Assembly (NCBI GenBank): GCA_036172245.1
Contig: JAYWIR010000082.1
Location: 124,001 to 188,000, forward strand
Reading direction: 5' to 3'
Length of the DNA: 64,000 bases
DNA from: Raillietiella orientalis
Lineage: Eukaryota
A model generated the notes under the pieces. The model ran no database searches. It worked only from the letters and a program-made list of their open reading frames with translations, and was not told the origin of the DNA. Numbering within the stretch: the stretch's first letter is position 1; each line of letters starts with the position of its first letter. The translations under genes and the position numbers were made by a program. Positions 63,501-64,000 of the stretch are shown one piece after another.

Positions 63501-64000
63501 CAAGCGCCTGAGCGATGCATCTGCATCTGTTCGGGGTGTGACCGAACGACCTGGTGTAAGTAGACAGAATGTAAGCGACAGAATAAAGCTATAAAGTATG
63601 CGCGGCTTTGTCTTTTGAGATGATGCTTTCGTTTCCTTACTTTTCCTACGGCAAGGCATAGCATGATCCCACCCTTTCTATAGTATGTCCAATATTCAGG
63701 ATCGTACTCGCATTTTGCATGGCATATCTAGAATATGTGGAGTATTTTAGTTTTCATTCTGGGATTTCAAATTTGTATTCATATTTGTAATGTGATGCTG
63801 CTCGTGCAATCCAACTCGTTCTTGCTTAAACACTGGATTTCCACTCTAGAATGGGTAGCTCCCCTGTCCTTTCTGGTAGAGGAAGAAGGGAATACAATGA
63901 AACCTAGAACAGGAAAAAGGATCTTCAGAAAAAAACACTTCAAGGATATTTTAGGATTGGGTGAGGAGAGGAAGAGAAGTTCGTTTCTGAGCTGTTTCGT

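Overview
Eukaryotic (animal, probably invertebrate) genomic DNA in three compartments. The AT-rich core (~10.4-31.5 kb) holds two conserved, intron-rich genes arranged tail-to-tail: DENND5 (+ strand, 16795-26893, 22 coding exons, ~1209 aa) and TFIP11 (- strand, 29770-26897, 9 coding exons, ~759 aa). I reconstructed both models by hand with phase-consistent splice junctions. Their stop codons are only 3 bp apart, so each 3' UTR must run antisense through the partner's last coding exon. 21 of 29 introns are only ~39-52 nt. TFIP11 needs a GC donor that competes with a frameshifting GT 4 nt away. The GC-richer flanks are mostly decayed mobile DNA: several L1/Tx1-like LINE fossils, a ~0.8 kb tRNA-headed SINE-like family with internal ~40 bp subrepeats, and a possible piggyBac-like fossil. 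One intact intronless orphan ORF (TM helix plus coiled coil, 42577-43110) sits among them. There is also a ~200 bp inverted repeat pair (11115-13427) and a decayed Smr-like fragment. I found no CRISPR array, rRNA or intact tRNA. Most ORFs in the supplied track are chance frames in decayed repeats. All homology calls come from motif recognition, not database searches, and no finding is shown to be a new system without the checks listed.
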